Positions 1-23,307 of a stretch of DNA of 64,000 nt are shown here, in pieces; position 1 is the first letter of the stretch, and each line of letters begins with the position of its first letter. Source of the DNA: Paraspadella gotoi (lineage: Eukaryota > Animalia > Chaetognatha); NCBI GenBank assembly GCA_051294375.1, contig JBJCIZ010000239.1:5723074-5787073 (forward strand). The letters run 5' to 3'. The notes beneath the pieces are model-generated. The model was given only the letters and a program-made list of their open reading frames with translations, ran no database searches and was not told where the DNA came from. Position numbers and translations under genes: made by a program.

Positions 1-147
1 CGATCCTAAATTTAATCCATTCTCAGAACAGACGTGTGAGTTCCGTCGCTCGATAAAAAAAAAATTCATTAACAAAAACAAAAACAAAAAAATAAAAAAA
101 AATAAACAGGAAAAAAATTAACAAATAAACTTTAAATATCAAAGAAA

Positions 148-484
148 ATGGCGGCCGAAGATATTTTCTACGAGGACGAGGCTGAGACGACGGCAGCGCC
201 GCCGCCGACCGAAGATGTCATTAAATTATCAGCGTCGGCGATAGACAATCTTCTCGTGGGCAAAGAGATGATACTGAGGTGAGCACTTTAAAGGGAGAGT
301 TGGAAGTGATACTGCAGGTGATACTACAAGTGATACTGTTGGTTATTAAGAAGATACTAATGTGAGGTAGGGTTGGCGATTGAGGTGATACTGCAGTGAG
401 ACTGCGGTAGGAGTTTAGATGATGCTGCGGCGAAGCAGAGTTGGTGATTTAGATGATGCTGAGAATTTCTGAGAAATCAAAAAT

Positions 485-517
<33 letters not shown>

Positions 518-3500
518 NNNNNNNNNNNNNNNNNNNNNNNNNGAGGAAGCTCCAATATTGACCGCGGGCAACTTCGCTGCGATCTATTTGAGAACTCCAT
601 TCTGCGCCGGTTTGTTCGTTCCCTTTCCTGGAGGGACACCACCCATGCACACCAAATTGTTCTCATAACTCGTGCTTTTAAAACATTAATATACTTCCCA
701 AATACTTGTAAAAGATTTACAAAAAGTAAATAACATAAAAAACTCCAATCTATCGCGCGACTTTGAAATATGAGTGTGCAATGTCATTACTAACTAAGTA
801 TACTTAATAATTAATAATTAATAATTAATAATAATAATATTAATAATAATATAGACACATAACAATAGTAGTATAGTAGTTATGGTTATTCTTTTCTTCA
901 TTCATTCATTCATTCATTTCAATTCATTTCATTCGATTCATTCATTCATGCTTAATTAATTTCAAATTGATTCAGAAAATTCGACATGTTTTCGCTATCT
1001 ATATTGTTAACGAGAAACATTACGTTTGCCGACAACAGCCAGCGCACCCAATGTGTCAATTGCGGTAGAAAAGTACACAAACAAGTAATGGATGCTATGG
1101 GTAAATGGTGCGGGATGTGGCGTATGGTCTTTGTCCATCCAAAAATCATTCATGATGGTATATACCAGATGTCCTGCAGAAAAAGAAAAAATGGCCAGTA
1201 AATCTCACCTTTGTGGGGCATTAAAATCCCACAAAGTACATGAACTCAAATTTTTGGGCTGCAACCATAGATAGATAGTCTTCTCTGGTCAAGTCAAATA
1301 ATAAATTATTAATAAAGTCAACATAAAATATATGCCATAAAATAAACTTTGCAAAATTTTGCAATGGCAATAACAAATATTGAAAGTAATGCGCCTATTT
1401 TGACAGGCTTAATATCTCTAACCTTGCTTATTCAGCACCTGCATACCTTGCCATGAGCGGGTCCATCTGGGAAAAAATTGACCGAATGTTCATGAAGCAT
1501 ACAAAAAGTTCATTAAAGTTCCCCAACCAAACTGAAAATCAAGCAGTACTTGATGCGATCGACGGGATTATGTTATCAGCTACTTGAAAGAACGCGCAAA
1601 AGAAGAGGATTTTTAACATTGTGAAGCACACAGAAGTTTTCGGAGAATATATTGCAAAAATAAGGGAAAGGGACCCACATCAACATCAATCTATTCTAGA
1701 CTCAATTTTTACGAGAAGACAATATTGATATTAGGGAATGCCTTATGTGTTATTTTTAAGATGAAGCATTGTTGCGTCCACGCATTTTTAGGAATTACCC
1801 TTTGAGAATCAAGTATTTGTGTGGTTTTCTATTTTTTATTTCCTCTTTTTTCTGGAATTTTACTAAAATATTTTTATAGATACACATTTTTTTTTTTCTG
1901 TGTAGTTAAAAAAAAAAAGTTCGCTTCTCCTGTAAATACAGAACAATACGAATCAATAAATGAACGGACCCATCGTTACTCTTATAGGTCCTTCTTGGCA
2001 GAGGGTACCTAGGTCCATGTATAACCATATCTATCTATCTATCTATCTCAGATGCGCCAAAGCCGACGCCAAGACTCTCGAAGGAGACTGGGATTGGGAA
2101 TGCCTCTCCCTTCTCGCCGTCGGCTGCAGCGGAGCCTTCCTCTTCGCGGTTCTACTGCTCTGCGGCTGCAGGCTGCTGTTCAAGGGATGCAGGTACTCGT
2201 GCGAATTTTTGATTAGCTTTTACCGAAACTCAAATATTGATTGCTAGCAACTCATTAAAAACCAAAAAAATAGAAAAGGAAATTAATTAAAACCGGTGAC
2301 AAATGACATTAAAAAAAAACTCCCCAAAAAACCACTCAAAAGGGACGCAAAAACGAAGTCAAAGACATAAATCACTAAAATGGCAATTAAATTAAAAAAA
2401 TAAAAAATATAAAATACATTAGTAAAAAAAAACAATAATAATCAAATCAAATCAATCATCATCATCAATCCAATCAATATACAATCAATCAATCAATCAT
2501 CAATCAATCAATCAATCAATCAAGTCAATCAATCAATCAAAAAAAAAACTGAATTGCAAATATCATAAATCTTATTCGACTGATTTGTATTATATTTTTT
2601 TAATGAAATATTGTTTCATTTTATTTTATTAACCCCTTCATCGTCTCTCTTCTCTGCTTCGTCTTCCTCTTCCTCCCTTTTCTCAACCCTTCCTACCCCC
2701 TCTACCCCCCTTTACCCCCCTCATACCCCCCAACCAGATTCGGACTGGCGCAGTCCGCAAAAGACCCCAACGCTTCAAATATCCATTACGACTTTGGGAA
2801 CCGAAGAGAATTCAGGTACACCGGAAATCAAATCAATGTTCAAAATAATGTTAAATTGTATATTGTAATTGTGTTAAAAAACATTCTTAAAAAAAAAAAC
2901 CCAAAAAATCAACTGTTCTGAACCATTGGGTAATAGCGTAATTGACTAAATATAATCATTACGGTACTACATGGTGACCATTTGAAACCCGCCGCTATAT
3001 ATTTGTTGGTATATATTTCCACGACGTTTTATTTTTAAAAAAAATGTTATTACAACTTTTTAAAACAATTTAGACAATTTTATTACTGAAAATTGGCAAA
3101 ACTATCTAAACCGGGTCACGATTGAAGGTGTCACGCTTAGAATTTAGGCTTGGTGAACTTGTTGCAATGCCCGACTACAAATTTGTAGAGGTTTCCTTAA
3201 CTTCCGAACCCCACCCAATTGACATTCAGATTAGTCCTTTATATCAAATTAATAACTAATTAATTTAGGGCGAAGCTCGACGAGGAGTTGTTGGGAGTGT
3301 TTAAAGAGAGGGAGAGGAAGAGGAAGAGAACGGCGGAGAAGAGGAAGAGGGAGGCGAAGATAAAGAAGGAGGAGGAGGAAGAGGAGGAAGAGGAAGAAGA
3401 GACGGAGGAAGAGGAGGAGGAGGAAGATGCCGTATTGCCCAACGTGGAGACGGTGGGTAAGAAGAAGAAGGGAGGAAAGACGAGAGGGAGGATAAAGTCT

Positions 3501-3536
3501 CAGAGGACGATAGAGGTGAAGGAGAGGGAGGAAGAT

Positions 3537-3568
<32 letters not shown>

Positions 3569-5523
3569 AGAAGAGAGCGAGGAGAGCGAATCGGAAACCA
3601 GCGACGACAACCGAGTTCGAATGAATCCGCCCAACGTCGAGAAGTCCGAAGCTTTGGAGGAAGTGGACGAGGATGTGGACGAGGAAGAGGACGACACGTT
3701 GCCGGGGACGACGCCGAGGAAACGGTCGTCGTCCTCCTCTTCTTTTTCTTCGTCGTCGTCGTCGTCGTCGTCGAAAGAGGAGGATGAAAAAGAGAAAAGA
3801 AAAAGTAAAAAGAAAAATTCACAAAAACCGAAAAATGAAATCGAGACGGAAAAAATCGCCGACGCGAGGCCGGCTGCCGGTGAAGATCTTGCCAACGCAA
3901 ACATTGTCGTTGCAGACATTGCCGGGATAGATTCCGACGGAACCAACGAAGAAGAAGAGAAAGGAAACAGAAAGTCGGCAGCTGCATCGGCGTCGTCGGC
4001 TTCGGCCTCTGCGGCGCCGGAAATCAAAACCGAACTTTCTTCTTCTCCGGCTGCGGCGGCGGGGCCGCCGGATTTCGCCGCCGTCCGTCGCGTCGGCGTA
4101 CTCTTGGCGGCGACGAAGACGTCGCCGAGAAACGGGAAGCTGAGAGGCGAGGCGGGAGAGAGGGCGGCGCTGCAGTTACTGACGCCGCTGAAGTCGTCGC
4201 CGCCGACGACGCAGCAGCAGCCAAAACCCTCGACGATGGACTCTTGCGTGCAAACCGATCCGCCCAACTCCGCCGATTCTTCCGCCGGGTTTCCGGAAAA
4301 TACGCCGCCGACGACGACGACGACGACTACGCCCCTCTTAGCTCCGCTCCTCCTCGTTCAAGAACAGTTGTCCGCCGCCTCCACCGCCCCCGCCGCCTCG
4401 CCCTTTCCTCCCATCGATCTCCAGCGTCCCTTCAACCCTTACCTCGCCACGCTCGCTTCGCAGCATCGATTCCAACCGACTTACCCGGCGACGCCGCCGA
4501 GATTTCTCTCGGCGGCCGCGGCGGCCGCGGCGGTGTCGACCATCTCCGTCCAGGCGCAGATCCACGCGGCGGCGGACGGATCCGAGGCGGCTGCTGGGGC
4601 GGCGGCTGCGGCGTCTTTACCGGAAGTCGACGTCGACTCGAGATTAACGACGAATCCGATGATGCGTAAGTTTGTTTGTGTGTGTGTGTTTGTGTGTGTG
4701 AATCAAAAACGATCATGTCTAACTCCCCTTCCCCCCCGTTTTTTCCCCTCAATTAACGAACTAACAAATCACAATTAATAAACAAAACGAAACATACGAG
4801 CTTTATAATTAACAAACAAAAGGTACAAACGGACTCAAAACTAACCAAAAAAATGAAACAACGAACTCAAATAACGAACAAACGAACTTTAAAATTAACA
4901 AACAAACTTATAATTAATAAAACAATTTAAAAAAACGAACTCACGACTAACGAAAACGAACTCATTTAACAAACAAACAAAACAACAACAAAAGTAAAAA
5001 AAAAAACAACAAAAAAACTGAAGAGACAGAACCGTTCAATATAAACAGTCCCTGAGCTTTCGGATCAGGCTGTAACACCGCAGGAAGGTTAAGCGCCCCT
5101 CTTAACTGCTTGGCGACCCCTGACCTATGGGTTAGGAAGCTAATGACTTGGCTCCTGCACCAATGGCCGCTGATGAACAGTTGTTGGATTTGAGTTCACA
5201 ATTAAACTAAACCGAAACGACTTCCCTTCTCAGAACGTCTTCAAACTCGTCTCACCCCGACCCTCTTCACTCCCTCCGGATCCAAAGTGGCGCTGATGCG
5301 AGACCCGGATTCCGTCGGCGCTTGGACCGTCGCCGCGCCAAATCGAAGCGGCGCCGCCGGCGTCCAAGGGGCGGACGGGACGGGCGCCGGCGTCGTCGCG
5401 GGAGACAAGTCGGTGTCCGGCGCCGGGAAAGGAGAGGAGATGGTATTTCGAGGAGCTGGAAGACCGAAGAGGAGATGGCATCAGAGGCCGGCGGTTGTGG
5501 CACCGGGGGAGTGGCAAGGGTGA
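148..5523 (+). CDS. Single-pass membrane protein with long acidic/low-complexity C-terminal region; exons 148-278, 2052-2192, 2738-2815, 3269-4665, 5234-5523
   Basis: ATG at 148. All four introns are GT-AG with compatible phases (2,2,2,1). Exon 2 encodes a hydrophobic helix (LSLLAVGCSGAFLFAVLLLCGC) and exon 4 is Glu/Ser/Ala/Pro-rich. Stop TGA at 5521-5523. No family recognised. Confidence 0.72.
1197..1600 (+). mobile_element. Degenerate non-LTR retrotransposon ORF2 fragment (region just after the RT domain)
   Basis: Broken frames give ELKFLGC and then SNLAYSAPAYLAMSGSIWEKIDRMFMKHTKSSLKFPNQTEN, resembling the LINE KYLG and YxAPAW...P..T.N motifs. Stops and frameshifts are present. Confidence 0.5.
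3105..3179. mobile_element. Terminal part of a family-B-related LTR-like element (ends GCAATGCCCGACTACA)
   Basis: Same terminus as 42973-42988. CCGGGTCACGATTGAAGGTGTCACGC is shared, as reverse complement, with the copies at ~48750 and ~63290. Confidence 0.6.
5019..5203 (+). mobile_element. Family-C LTR-like element, degenerate copy
   Basis: Begins TGAAGAGACAG and is colinear with 25034-25267. Confidence 0.75.
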
Positions 5524-6688
5524 AAAAGAGAGGTGGGGAAGATTACCGCCGAGGGGGAGAGGGGGCAGTGGAGTGTTTTTTAGGGTTTGGATGGGGTTGG
5601 GGAGCACGATTATCTGAAAATACATAAACTCCTACATAATCCTTATCCCTTATTCCTAACCCTAATCCTTAATTCCAAACTCTAATCCCTAACATTATCC
5701 CCCTAACCAAAAACCCTAATCCCTAACACAAAATCTCTGGCTAAATCTCAAACCTCATCTCTAACCCTATTCCTTAACCTAACCTTAAATTAAAAACCAA
5801 TCTTATTCTGAATTTAAGTTGAAATGGGAGAATTTCCTGAAAATGTGGCCAGGAATATTTTCGAATTTTCGTCAAGAATGCAAGTAATAGAATTTTTAAA
5901 AGAGAAAGAATTAAACAATTTAATAGATTACAACCCTTGACTCCAAATGTATATCCGTCTTTATAAATTTACATTTTTGCCACTTATTTATTTATACATT
6001 GATTTCTTGAATATGCATTATCATCAAATGTCCCGCACAAAGAATCACAAAAATTATATCTTTTTATATCAACTTTTGTCTAATATTGTTACGTTTTTAC
6101 TGAATACTAAAAATAAAATCATTTTGGCGGTTTACAATCGAGTACTTTAAGAGAATATTAAAGTGAAAAAACAAAGTAACACTAGAAAAATGGAACCAGT
6201 AGAAAAATCCGCGGCGCCCTCTTGTCAAACTATTGAGATGTTCAGTTTCTCCAAAGAAACAAAAGGCGCTCAAGGAGTTTAAAATCAAAGTAGCACAAAG
6301 TAGCAGTTTTAACTTTTCGCAAATGTTACTTACGATTAAATTATTAAATAAAAAGAAGCTGTACAATTGAAAAGATCATATCTCTTTGATATATTATTGA
6401 GATTTTAAAAGAAAATGTAACATTTCGTTAAAAAAGGTGTTTTATAAATAATAATTGGCATTGGGTTAAAACTTAAATTAACAGCTAAATTTTTAAAGAT
6501 ATAGACCAAAGATTTAAATTGTAACCTAAGTAAAACTGATTACAGAAAATAAAAAAAAAGTTAAAAAAGTTGAATTTCAAGTTAAAACAACCGGAATAAG
6601 AGGATGAAAATTACGGAACAATAATAAGTTGACTCGTAATTGATTAAACGTTGTAGTTCAGGTAATGGAAAGCTATCTCTATCGATCG

Positions 6689-6784
<96 letters not shown>

Positions 6785-7296
6785 GGTTGGTACGGGCTTA
6801 CTGTAACAGAATAAAGTAAAGAGAAAAGGAGGGAAAAATAGAAAAGAAAAACGCCACATTTTATTTTCAATTAGAAATTAAATTATTTTAAGGAATAGGT
6901 TTAAAGTTTATGGATTAGATTATTGATGAGTTTAAGGATTAAGGTAAGAGATTTGGTTAGTGATTAGGGTTAATGACTAAGGTTTAGGGTTTGGGCTTAC
7001 GGTTAAAGTTTAGGTATTAGAGTTTAGAGTTTTGGGTTAAAGATTAGGTAAAGGTAAAGTAATAAATTTGGTAACAAGATTAAGGTTAAATATTAAGGTT
7101 AAAATCAAATTGAAGAAATTTATGAGAGGTGGTTCGTAAAAAGGTTTAAGTCAATTAAATATATTCTTTCAAACATATTTAACACAACCCCCCCTGTTTT
7201 CGAAGGAACAGAAATGGGGCGTTTTGGGAATAGAGAGCCCGTAATTCTTCTCTATCACCCCCTTTTGATCCAGATTCTCTCCCTTTTCTCGTCTCC

Positions 7297-8029
7297 ATGT
7301 TCCCGTCGCGCATCGTCGTCGTCGTCGTCGTCGTCGTCGCCATCGTCGTCGACGTCGACGCCAAGTGCGACTGCAGCGCAGAGATGTCCTGCGTCACGTG
7401 CGCTCTGCAGGGCGTGCGCTGCGTCAAGACGGAGGAATGCCCCGCGGTGAGGATCGAATAGAGTGGAAGAGGGGAAGGGGGGGGACAGTTGACTTTGTGA
7501 TTTTAAAATCTGTGTTCGTTGTTATACTACCCCGTTGCCATACTTTCAACTTATTCGAGTTATTGCTAATCTTAAAAAATATTCAGGGAGTTCGAAAGAT
7601 TTCCATTTTTATTTTCGTATTGTACCTTAAGTTTGAACTCTTTTTTTTAATAATAACAAATACGATATTAAAAAGACTGGAGCTGTATTAATAAATTATT
7701 AAATTATTATTAATTATTATTAAACTATCTTCAATTGCTACACTAATGACAAGAGTGAATTCGCGAGATGAGACCCAGCAATAGAACTTATGACTTGTCA
7801 AAGTATTCACGACAATATGCAAATGAGATTGATGAGATCAATCTCTTTTTCGGTTGAGTCAAAAGTTCATCTCTTATACTCGTCCTAACCATTTACCCCC
7901 CCCCTACCCCAGGCCGTCAGGGAGGAAGAAAGGAGGACCAACTTCCAATGCCGCTGCAACGGCGTCGTCGGTCTTCTGGCGTCGGCGCCGCTAGCGACGG
8001 TTGGCGTGGTGGCGGCGCTGTTGGCGTAG
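7297..8029 (+). CDS. Small secreted 8-cysteine protein, probably GPI-anchored; exons 7297-7446 and 7913-8029
   Basis: MFPSRIVVVVVVVVAIVVDVDA-KCDCSAEMSCVTCALQGVRCVKTEECPA|AVREEERRTNFQCRCN-GVVGLLASAPLATVGVVAALLA*. Phase-0 GTGAG...CAG intron, signal peptide, terminal CN followed by a hydrophobic tail, GC3-rich codons. Confidence 0.75.
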
Positions 8030-9228
8030 CGGGGAACGATGGCGGCGATAGGCGGCTGAGCGGCGAGGGGCAGACGGCGGGCGTATTAACGAGGAGGAAC
8101 TAAAAACCCAATAACGAAAAATAAAATCGTTCTCACATTTTCGTCTCAAAAATTTGACGATTTCCGCCAAATATTCCTCCGGAACTTACCTTTTTCGGTC
8201 TTTTTCATCGCTCAGACACCTTACCCTTTGTATGTATTTAATTTAATCTTTTGGTTTTTTATATATATATATTTTTTTTTTATTGAAAGTAGAGGCGAAA
8301 CAAGAAATCATCTCTCTCTTGCCTTTTCGTAATTATCGTCGTTGTGGCAAATTACATTATTCTTTCGCTTGCTTAATGCTTGCTCGCTTGCATGCTTGCT
8401 CAATGGCGCTTGGATAATTCATCAGCTTTCATTCGAATTCTAGCTCCAACTTAAAAGTTGTAATGTATGAAAATAAAATGGGGGGAAAAGGCAACAATGT
8501 AATGATGTATATTTTTCGGTCTTTTTTTTTTACATAAAATTTTTTTTTTTACAATAATTTCCATTCACCTTTGATAATTGTAGCCAAAACGCCTACATCC
8601 GTACGAAAGTTAGTACAGTCATGTATCCCACTGCATATGTAAATTTTTTACAGGTTTGTGCGCGATAAAGTTTGCACTACAAAAAATAAAGGCAATCGAT
8701 GAGGGAGTAAAAAAATAGTGGACATCTGTAGAGAGGATCCGGTCTGAACTATTTTTTTCCGGTTGATCTTACGAGACGGGGGGAAAAAACCGGGAATGGT
8801 TACATTAAAGTGGCCAATGTCTTTAAAAAAAATGTACAGAAGACAATACGTGTGGGTAGCGATCGAAAAGTTGGGTTAAATTCGTGACGTTTCTAATGTT
8901 TATAGTATAAAAATATAAAAAACTTTTAGTTTAAAGTATATAAAAAACTAGAGCTCAAAAGTTAACCACTAATACAACCAATTATCTGGGGTTTTTTTCT
9001 TTTTTTTTTATTTTCTGGATGAAAAACAAAATATTGCAAAAAAAAAATAAATAACAATAAACTCTGATTACTTGAAACCTGAGAAACCTCGTGACCTATG
9101 TGAAGACTCGAAACTCTATGAAACCATTGGAACTTATGCCACTTTTAAAGTTTCGATTCCAACTCTGCTCCAATCATCACCCCCAACGGTTCCATCCACC
9201 CCCACCCATCCTCCCCCACGTAACATCT

Positions 9229-18068
<8,840 letters not shown>

Positions 18069-19728
18069 CTTCCTCTGTTTTGTTTTGTTAGTTAGATTGG
18101 TTTTGTTTTGTATTTAAAGTATTATGTTAATGTTTATTTAATGTGGTTTGAATCTTCCGAGGCGGAATCTTTAAACAACATCGTCTATTTGTGAGATGTG
18201 TTTCCTTAATTTTTTATGTTTCGATTTTATGTTTCCTTGTTTTGGGGTCGTTTTGTGTTTTTTTTTTTTTAATTTTTCAGCCAGTGGTCATTTCCGGTTC
18301 GGTAGGGCGCTCCAGCGACTCCTCTCTCTGTCTTCCGCTCCTGTCTTTTTTGCTCCTGTCTTTAGCTCCAATCGACCGCAACCTTTTCTCTGATTTTTCT
18401 TCCGTTTGTGTCACAAACGACCACAACAACGACAACAACGACGACGACAAAATTCACACTTTGAGTGACTTTTTTGGTTTCGACTCGAAAGAGTCGCTTC
18501 GATTTTTAACGGAAATCCAAATCTGGAAATAAGAAAATGTGTACATATGTGTTATAATTATTTATTCTCAATTTCTCATTTATATTCACACTTCGGTAAA
18601 CAATAACTAGAATGAACAAAAAAGCGGTTTGCCCAAAGAGAAATCTTGGCAATGAATTCAGTGGCCAAGCAACTTCTAATTTTCTCTCTTGATATTAAGA
18701 TTAGAATATACGTACAATTAAACAATCGAAACATTCTTAGAAAGATTATACCACTTCATAGATAGGGAAGTGAATAAAAAAAAACTATAATAGAGTCTTA
18801 ATTGAAAGCTTACAGGGACCTGTTATGTTATTGTCGTGTGAGAGTGATAGGGGGCATAATTCAAGGCAAGATAGCTTATTTTTTAAATTAATGGATAATC
18901 TTTATATTAGTAATACCAATTTCATATCACTTTGGAGAGATCGGGTCTTTTTTTCCTCAGTTTAGTTGGAGGATGTAGTAGGCGTAATTAATGCAAATGA
19001 TACGATCACGCGAATCAGAAAATTAAACTGAATCAATTTTGTGTTATAGAATAAACGAATGATTCTAGTATTGGGTTTTAGCTGCAGGAAATAACTAAAA
19101 AAAAATATTTTTTATTAAAGAAATAAATCTTAAAACTGACAGAATCGTAAGATCGAAACAACAACAGCAGGTTAAAGAAAAACAACTATTTTTTTTCGAT
19201 TTGTTTTGATTTTAAATTTTATCAAAAATTCAAGATTCGAGTGTTTATTTTACCCTCGCGATGAAAAATTCGCGATAAGAAAGGAACTTTGATTTTATCG
19301 AGTCTTGTTTCAGTTTATTTGTACGAAAACGTTTAAAAAACAACAACAACAACAACAACAAAATCATAAACGTAGTAAAAATAACAAATCGGCAACTAAT
19401 GTCAGCGAGCGTTTATTGCTCGCTTATTCTCACTTTTCACTTAACGAGTCATGACTCAAAATTGAAAAAAAAATGTCGTCTTTTTTTTTCGTCGTTCCAA
19501 CGTTAAAAATTAAAATCTTTTAAAAAAATGTATTCATGATCAAGAAAATAATTATGAAAATCAAATCGGTCGCAACGTCGACTGTTCAAACTGGTTTTTG
19601 CGAGACCAATTTTTTTTTTCATCGAAATTCTGACCCAACGGTTTTTTTTTAGTTCTACCTTTAGTTTTCTCTTCTTTCATTTTTTATGTTCAGACATTTT
19701 TACAGTTTAAAAACACAGACAGAAAAGG

Positions 19729-19835
<107 letters not shown>

Positions 19836-19838
19836 CAC

Positions 19839-20160
19839 CTTCCCTCCACTAAACCTTCTCTCCCGTCACGAAACCCGTTTCCCGACCAATCACCGCCCGA
19901 GGTGAGTAAGATCGATCGACCAATCAGAATCCGTCGTAGATTCAGGTAAGTGCCTCTTTCGCCAGGTGAGGTAATAGGATCGGCCGACCAATCGCCAGCC
20001 GTTCGATGCCATTTTCTGGCCAATAGAAACGCGCGGGTGGGGCTAAACGTCACGTAAAATTCTCTCGGCCAATCAGTGCGAAAAAGTGAATTTGGTCCAA
20101 TCAGAGTTCTATAAATCTTGACCAATCAGCGTCCGCGATGAACGATGAACGTGACGCGGG
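19839..20160 (-). promoter_or_regulatory. Putative promoter and first non-coding exon of the FERM gene, with a CCAAT-box cluster
   Basis: CCAAT at 19886, 19920, 19988, 20020, 20069, 20097 and 20122. CRE-like CGTCACGT at ~20048. Minus-strand donor AAG|GTGAG at 19839/19838. Confidence 0.5.
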
Positions 20161-20242
20161 GATCGAAAAGAGAGAATGAGAAATGGATGTCGGATAAAAG
20201 ATTTTAAATGTGGGTAAGTTTGTCTCTCTCTCGTCTCCATCG

Positions 20243-20320
<78 letters not shown>

Positions 20321-20669
20321 AGTTAATCGTCGAGAAAGGACGAGAGATCGACTCGAAAACAGGAAAGTCAACCAACGGCGGATTCGATGATGACGATGAC
20401 ATTGATGATGACAATGATCATGACAAAATCGATGGCAGTGACAGTATGACTCCGACAGTATTTCAAAAAGCAACGAAAACGACGAAAATTGACGGAAATA
20501 ATAATAACGAAAATAACAATGAATAAATAATTCGGAAAATGTACGTAATAACAGTAATAACGTAATAACCTAATGCGTAATAACAAATTAATAAAAACAA
20601 TATTTAACAACAGAAAATCGATTGAAAGGGAAACCTGAGGGACACATCGCATCTCCCGCTCTTTTGCCT

Positions 20670-20775
<106 letters not shown>

Positions 20776-20986
20776 TCGAAATGCGTGTTCAAAATGCAAA
20801 TACCTTGAGATCGGATGTCTTTAAATTTTAATTGTGAAAATTACTTAGACAAATTATGTCATACCTTTAAGGTTTGATTTAACATTCACAATTTCTAGTT
20901 GAATAATAGAATCAACGAGACAGTGATTGCTTTGCTCCTATCAGGAATAATAGTTTGTCATTAATTAATTGTTAAAAAAAGTCATT

Positions 20987-21141
20987 TGTGGAGGATAAAA
21001 AAGAACGAAACGTACCAAACCCTTTTGTCCGCTAGTCTATCCCCGTGGCTGCCTAGCAGTTTTGTGGGAAGCGGGGCGCTTTACCCCTCAGCAGCGTGGA
21101 GCCTTGTCCGAACCTCAGGAACTGTTAATTTATGAACAGTT
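20987..21141 (-). mobile_element. Diverged family-C copy
   Basis: GCTGCCTAGCAGTT...GGGGCGCTT...GCCTTGTCCGAACCTCAGGAACTG aligns to 56220-56300. Confidence 0.55.
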
Positions 21142-22477
21142 AATTAATTATTTAATTACTTTTTTCTTTATTTAATTTTGTTTTTTACCCTTACCTTAGT
21201 GGCAAACCTTTACCTTTGTTTTTTTTTTAATCTTTCTTAATCTTTTTTTTAACTTTATAACTATACATTTGTTTTTTTTAATATTTTTTAATCTTTATAA
21301 CTATAACATTGTTTTTTTAATATTTTTTAATATTTTTTTTAATCTTTATAACTATAACTTTGTTTTGTTTTTTTTTTAATCTTTTTTTTTAAATTTTGGG
21401 TATAATTATTCCACGCTCTCTTAACTCTCGGCTTCCGCTTTCAAACATTCAATCTGATGAGAACTTGTTTTAGAATATGCTCAACTTGAAAAAATTTACC
21501 CATTACCCACCGTATTATTGAGTGATGGTATATTAAGACTAAAATTACCTCTTGAAGAAACAGTAATAATTGTTATGAGTTAGTGAGAGTAGCGTTCTAT
21601 AGGCCGTAACGGAACTACTTATTTCTTATCTTTGATATCTAAATATACTTTGAACTTTAATATATAACTATAATCTTTATAATCCAAAGGCTAATCTTCA
21701 CCCAAAATCGCTAATCTTAATCCTTCAACCCCAACCCTAATATTTTGTTTTCCGACAATTGTTTTGTTTTGTTTTGTCGGTAAATAAGTTTCGTAAATAA
21801 ATTCGTCGTCTGAAATTTGAAAACAAAGCAAAAAATTGTCTCATTTAATGTTACATACGCAAACGATAAGAAAGAATCTAAATTTTATCTGAAATAAGGC
21901 TCGTTTGGAAAATACAGCCCTTTACTTTTTTTTTAGCAAAAATTTGAACCGCTCTTCTCCTCTTGACTCTCCGGCCAACGTCGAGAAATAAGTTATCGAT
22001 CTCAAAAACAGTAAGTGATAAAACGTGACAAAAAAGGGAAGATAATGACTTCTTAAAAAGAAAAGAGATGAATCACTCAAAAGTATATCGCTGGAGAAAT
22101 TCTCGCTGTGGGGCAAACAAATGGACAACCTAGACTCGGATTTATGGAAGAAAAAAAATTAGAATTAGATTTATTGACGGAGTAATTTATTTTAAATGTA
22201 TGTAAATTTTCGCTGATTTCGTTTATATATTGAACGATTTATCTGAATGAAATCAAAATTCATGACTAAAATGAGGGAGCAAAAGACTTTAGTCTTTCAT
22301 TCATATTTGTACGTAGGAATTTTATAATTGTTTAAAGTTTAAATTATAAAGTTTATAGAGGAAGAGTCGAATCGCTCGTTTGGCCCAGGGTCAAAATCGA
22401 TTAAAAATTGAACAATAAACTTGGGAGATATCTTAAAACGTGACTCGGATTTAGGGAGTCGAACTCACGTGTAAAAC

Positions 22478-22586
<109 letters not shown>

Positions 22587-22713
22587 TTCCGTTCTTGACC
22601 CATAGATTCCTACCCGAGTCCAAAAAATTGGAAACAATCCAAACTTAAAAACAAAACAATTCTCAGCCAAATATTTTAATCGCATAAAAAAACATGAAAC
22701 CCAATATCGAAAT

Positions 22714-22871
22714 GGGCTCTCTTTTCTGAGAGTGCCCCATTTCTGTTTGTATACAGATCTTTAACCTATTCTTAACCAATTAAGCATAACCTCCAACCAA
22801 AATTTTAATTTAAAAAAATTAACATAATTCCGAATTTAAGATGAAATGGGTTGTTTTGTGAAAATAAGTCC
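22714..22871. mobile_element. Short GG...CC TIR MITE, same TIR family as the element forming intron 51747-54867
   Basis: GGGCTCTCTTTTCTGAGAGTGCCCCATTTC ... GAAATGGGTTGTTTTGTGAAAATAAGTCC. Related ends at ~5821-5850, 7211-7240, 44168-44206, 49369-49405 and 62421-62452, usually beside GGGTTA/TAACCC-rich DNA. Confidence 0.55.
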
Positions 22872-23307
22872 TGGAAGGGGCCTTATAAAAAGGAGAAGAG
22901 AAAAAGGAAATGTATCTCAGTTTTAAAAAATAAATTCATTTTTTCGTAAAATCTTCAAAAGGACATTATGCATCCGTCAATCTACAAAAACGGGCATATC
23001 ATGTCAATGTCGAAAGACCGACACGTTCTGATGTCAATTTCAAAAAGCCGACATGTCGCTAACAGCGTCAAATTCCCAACCGACATGTCGGTTCCCAGTT
23101 TTCGACTCCACGTCGCGTTTTTGTGCTGCTACTTTTTTTCCTTCATGGAAGCATCGAGATTTTTTCCGAGTAAGATTCTTTTTATTATTAAATTAAATTA
23201 CTAAATTAAAAAATAAATATAAAAATTAATACAATTTTACAATTACCCAAACCTGAAACTCGATTTAACCTGCGTGTTTTATATTTAATTTATTTATCCT
23301 ACTTCAT

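Noticed and set aside
2816-3268. AATTCAG/AATTTAG boundary similarity, also GATTCAG/CATCCAG at 44963-45459
   Set aside because: No TIRs lie inside, and part of the match is forced by the splice consensus.
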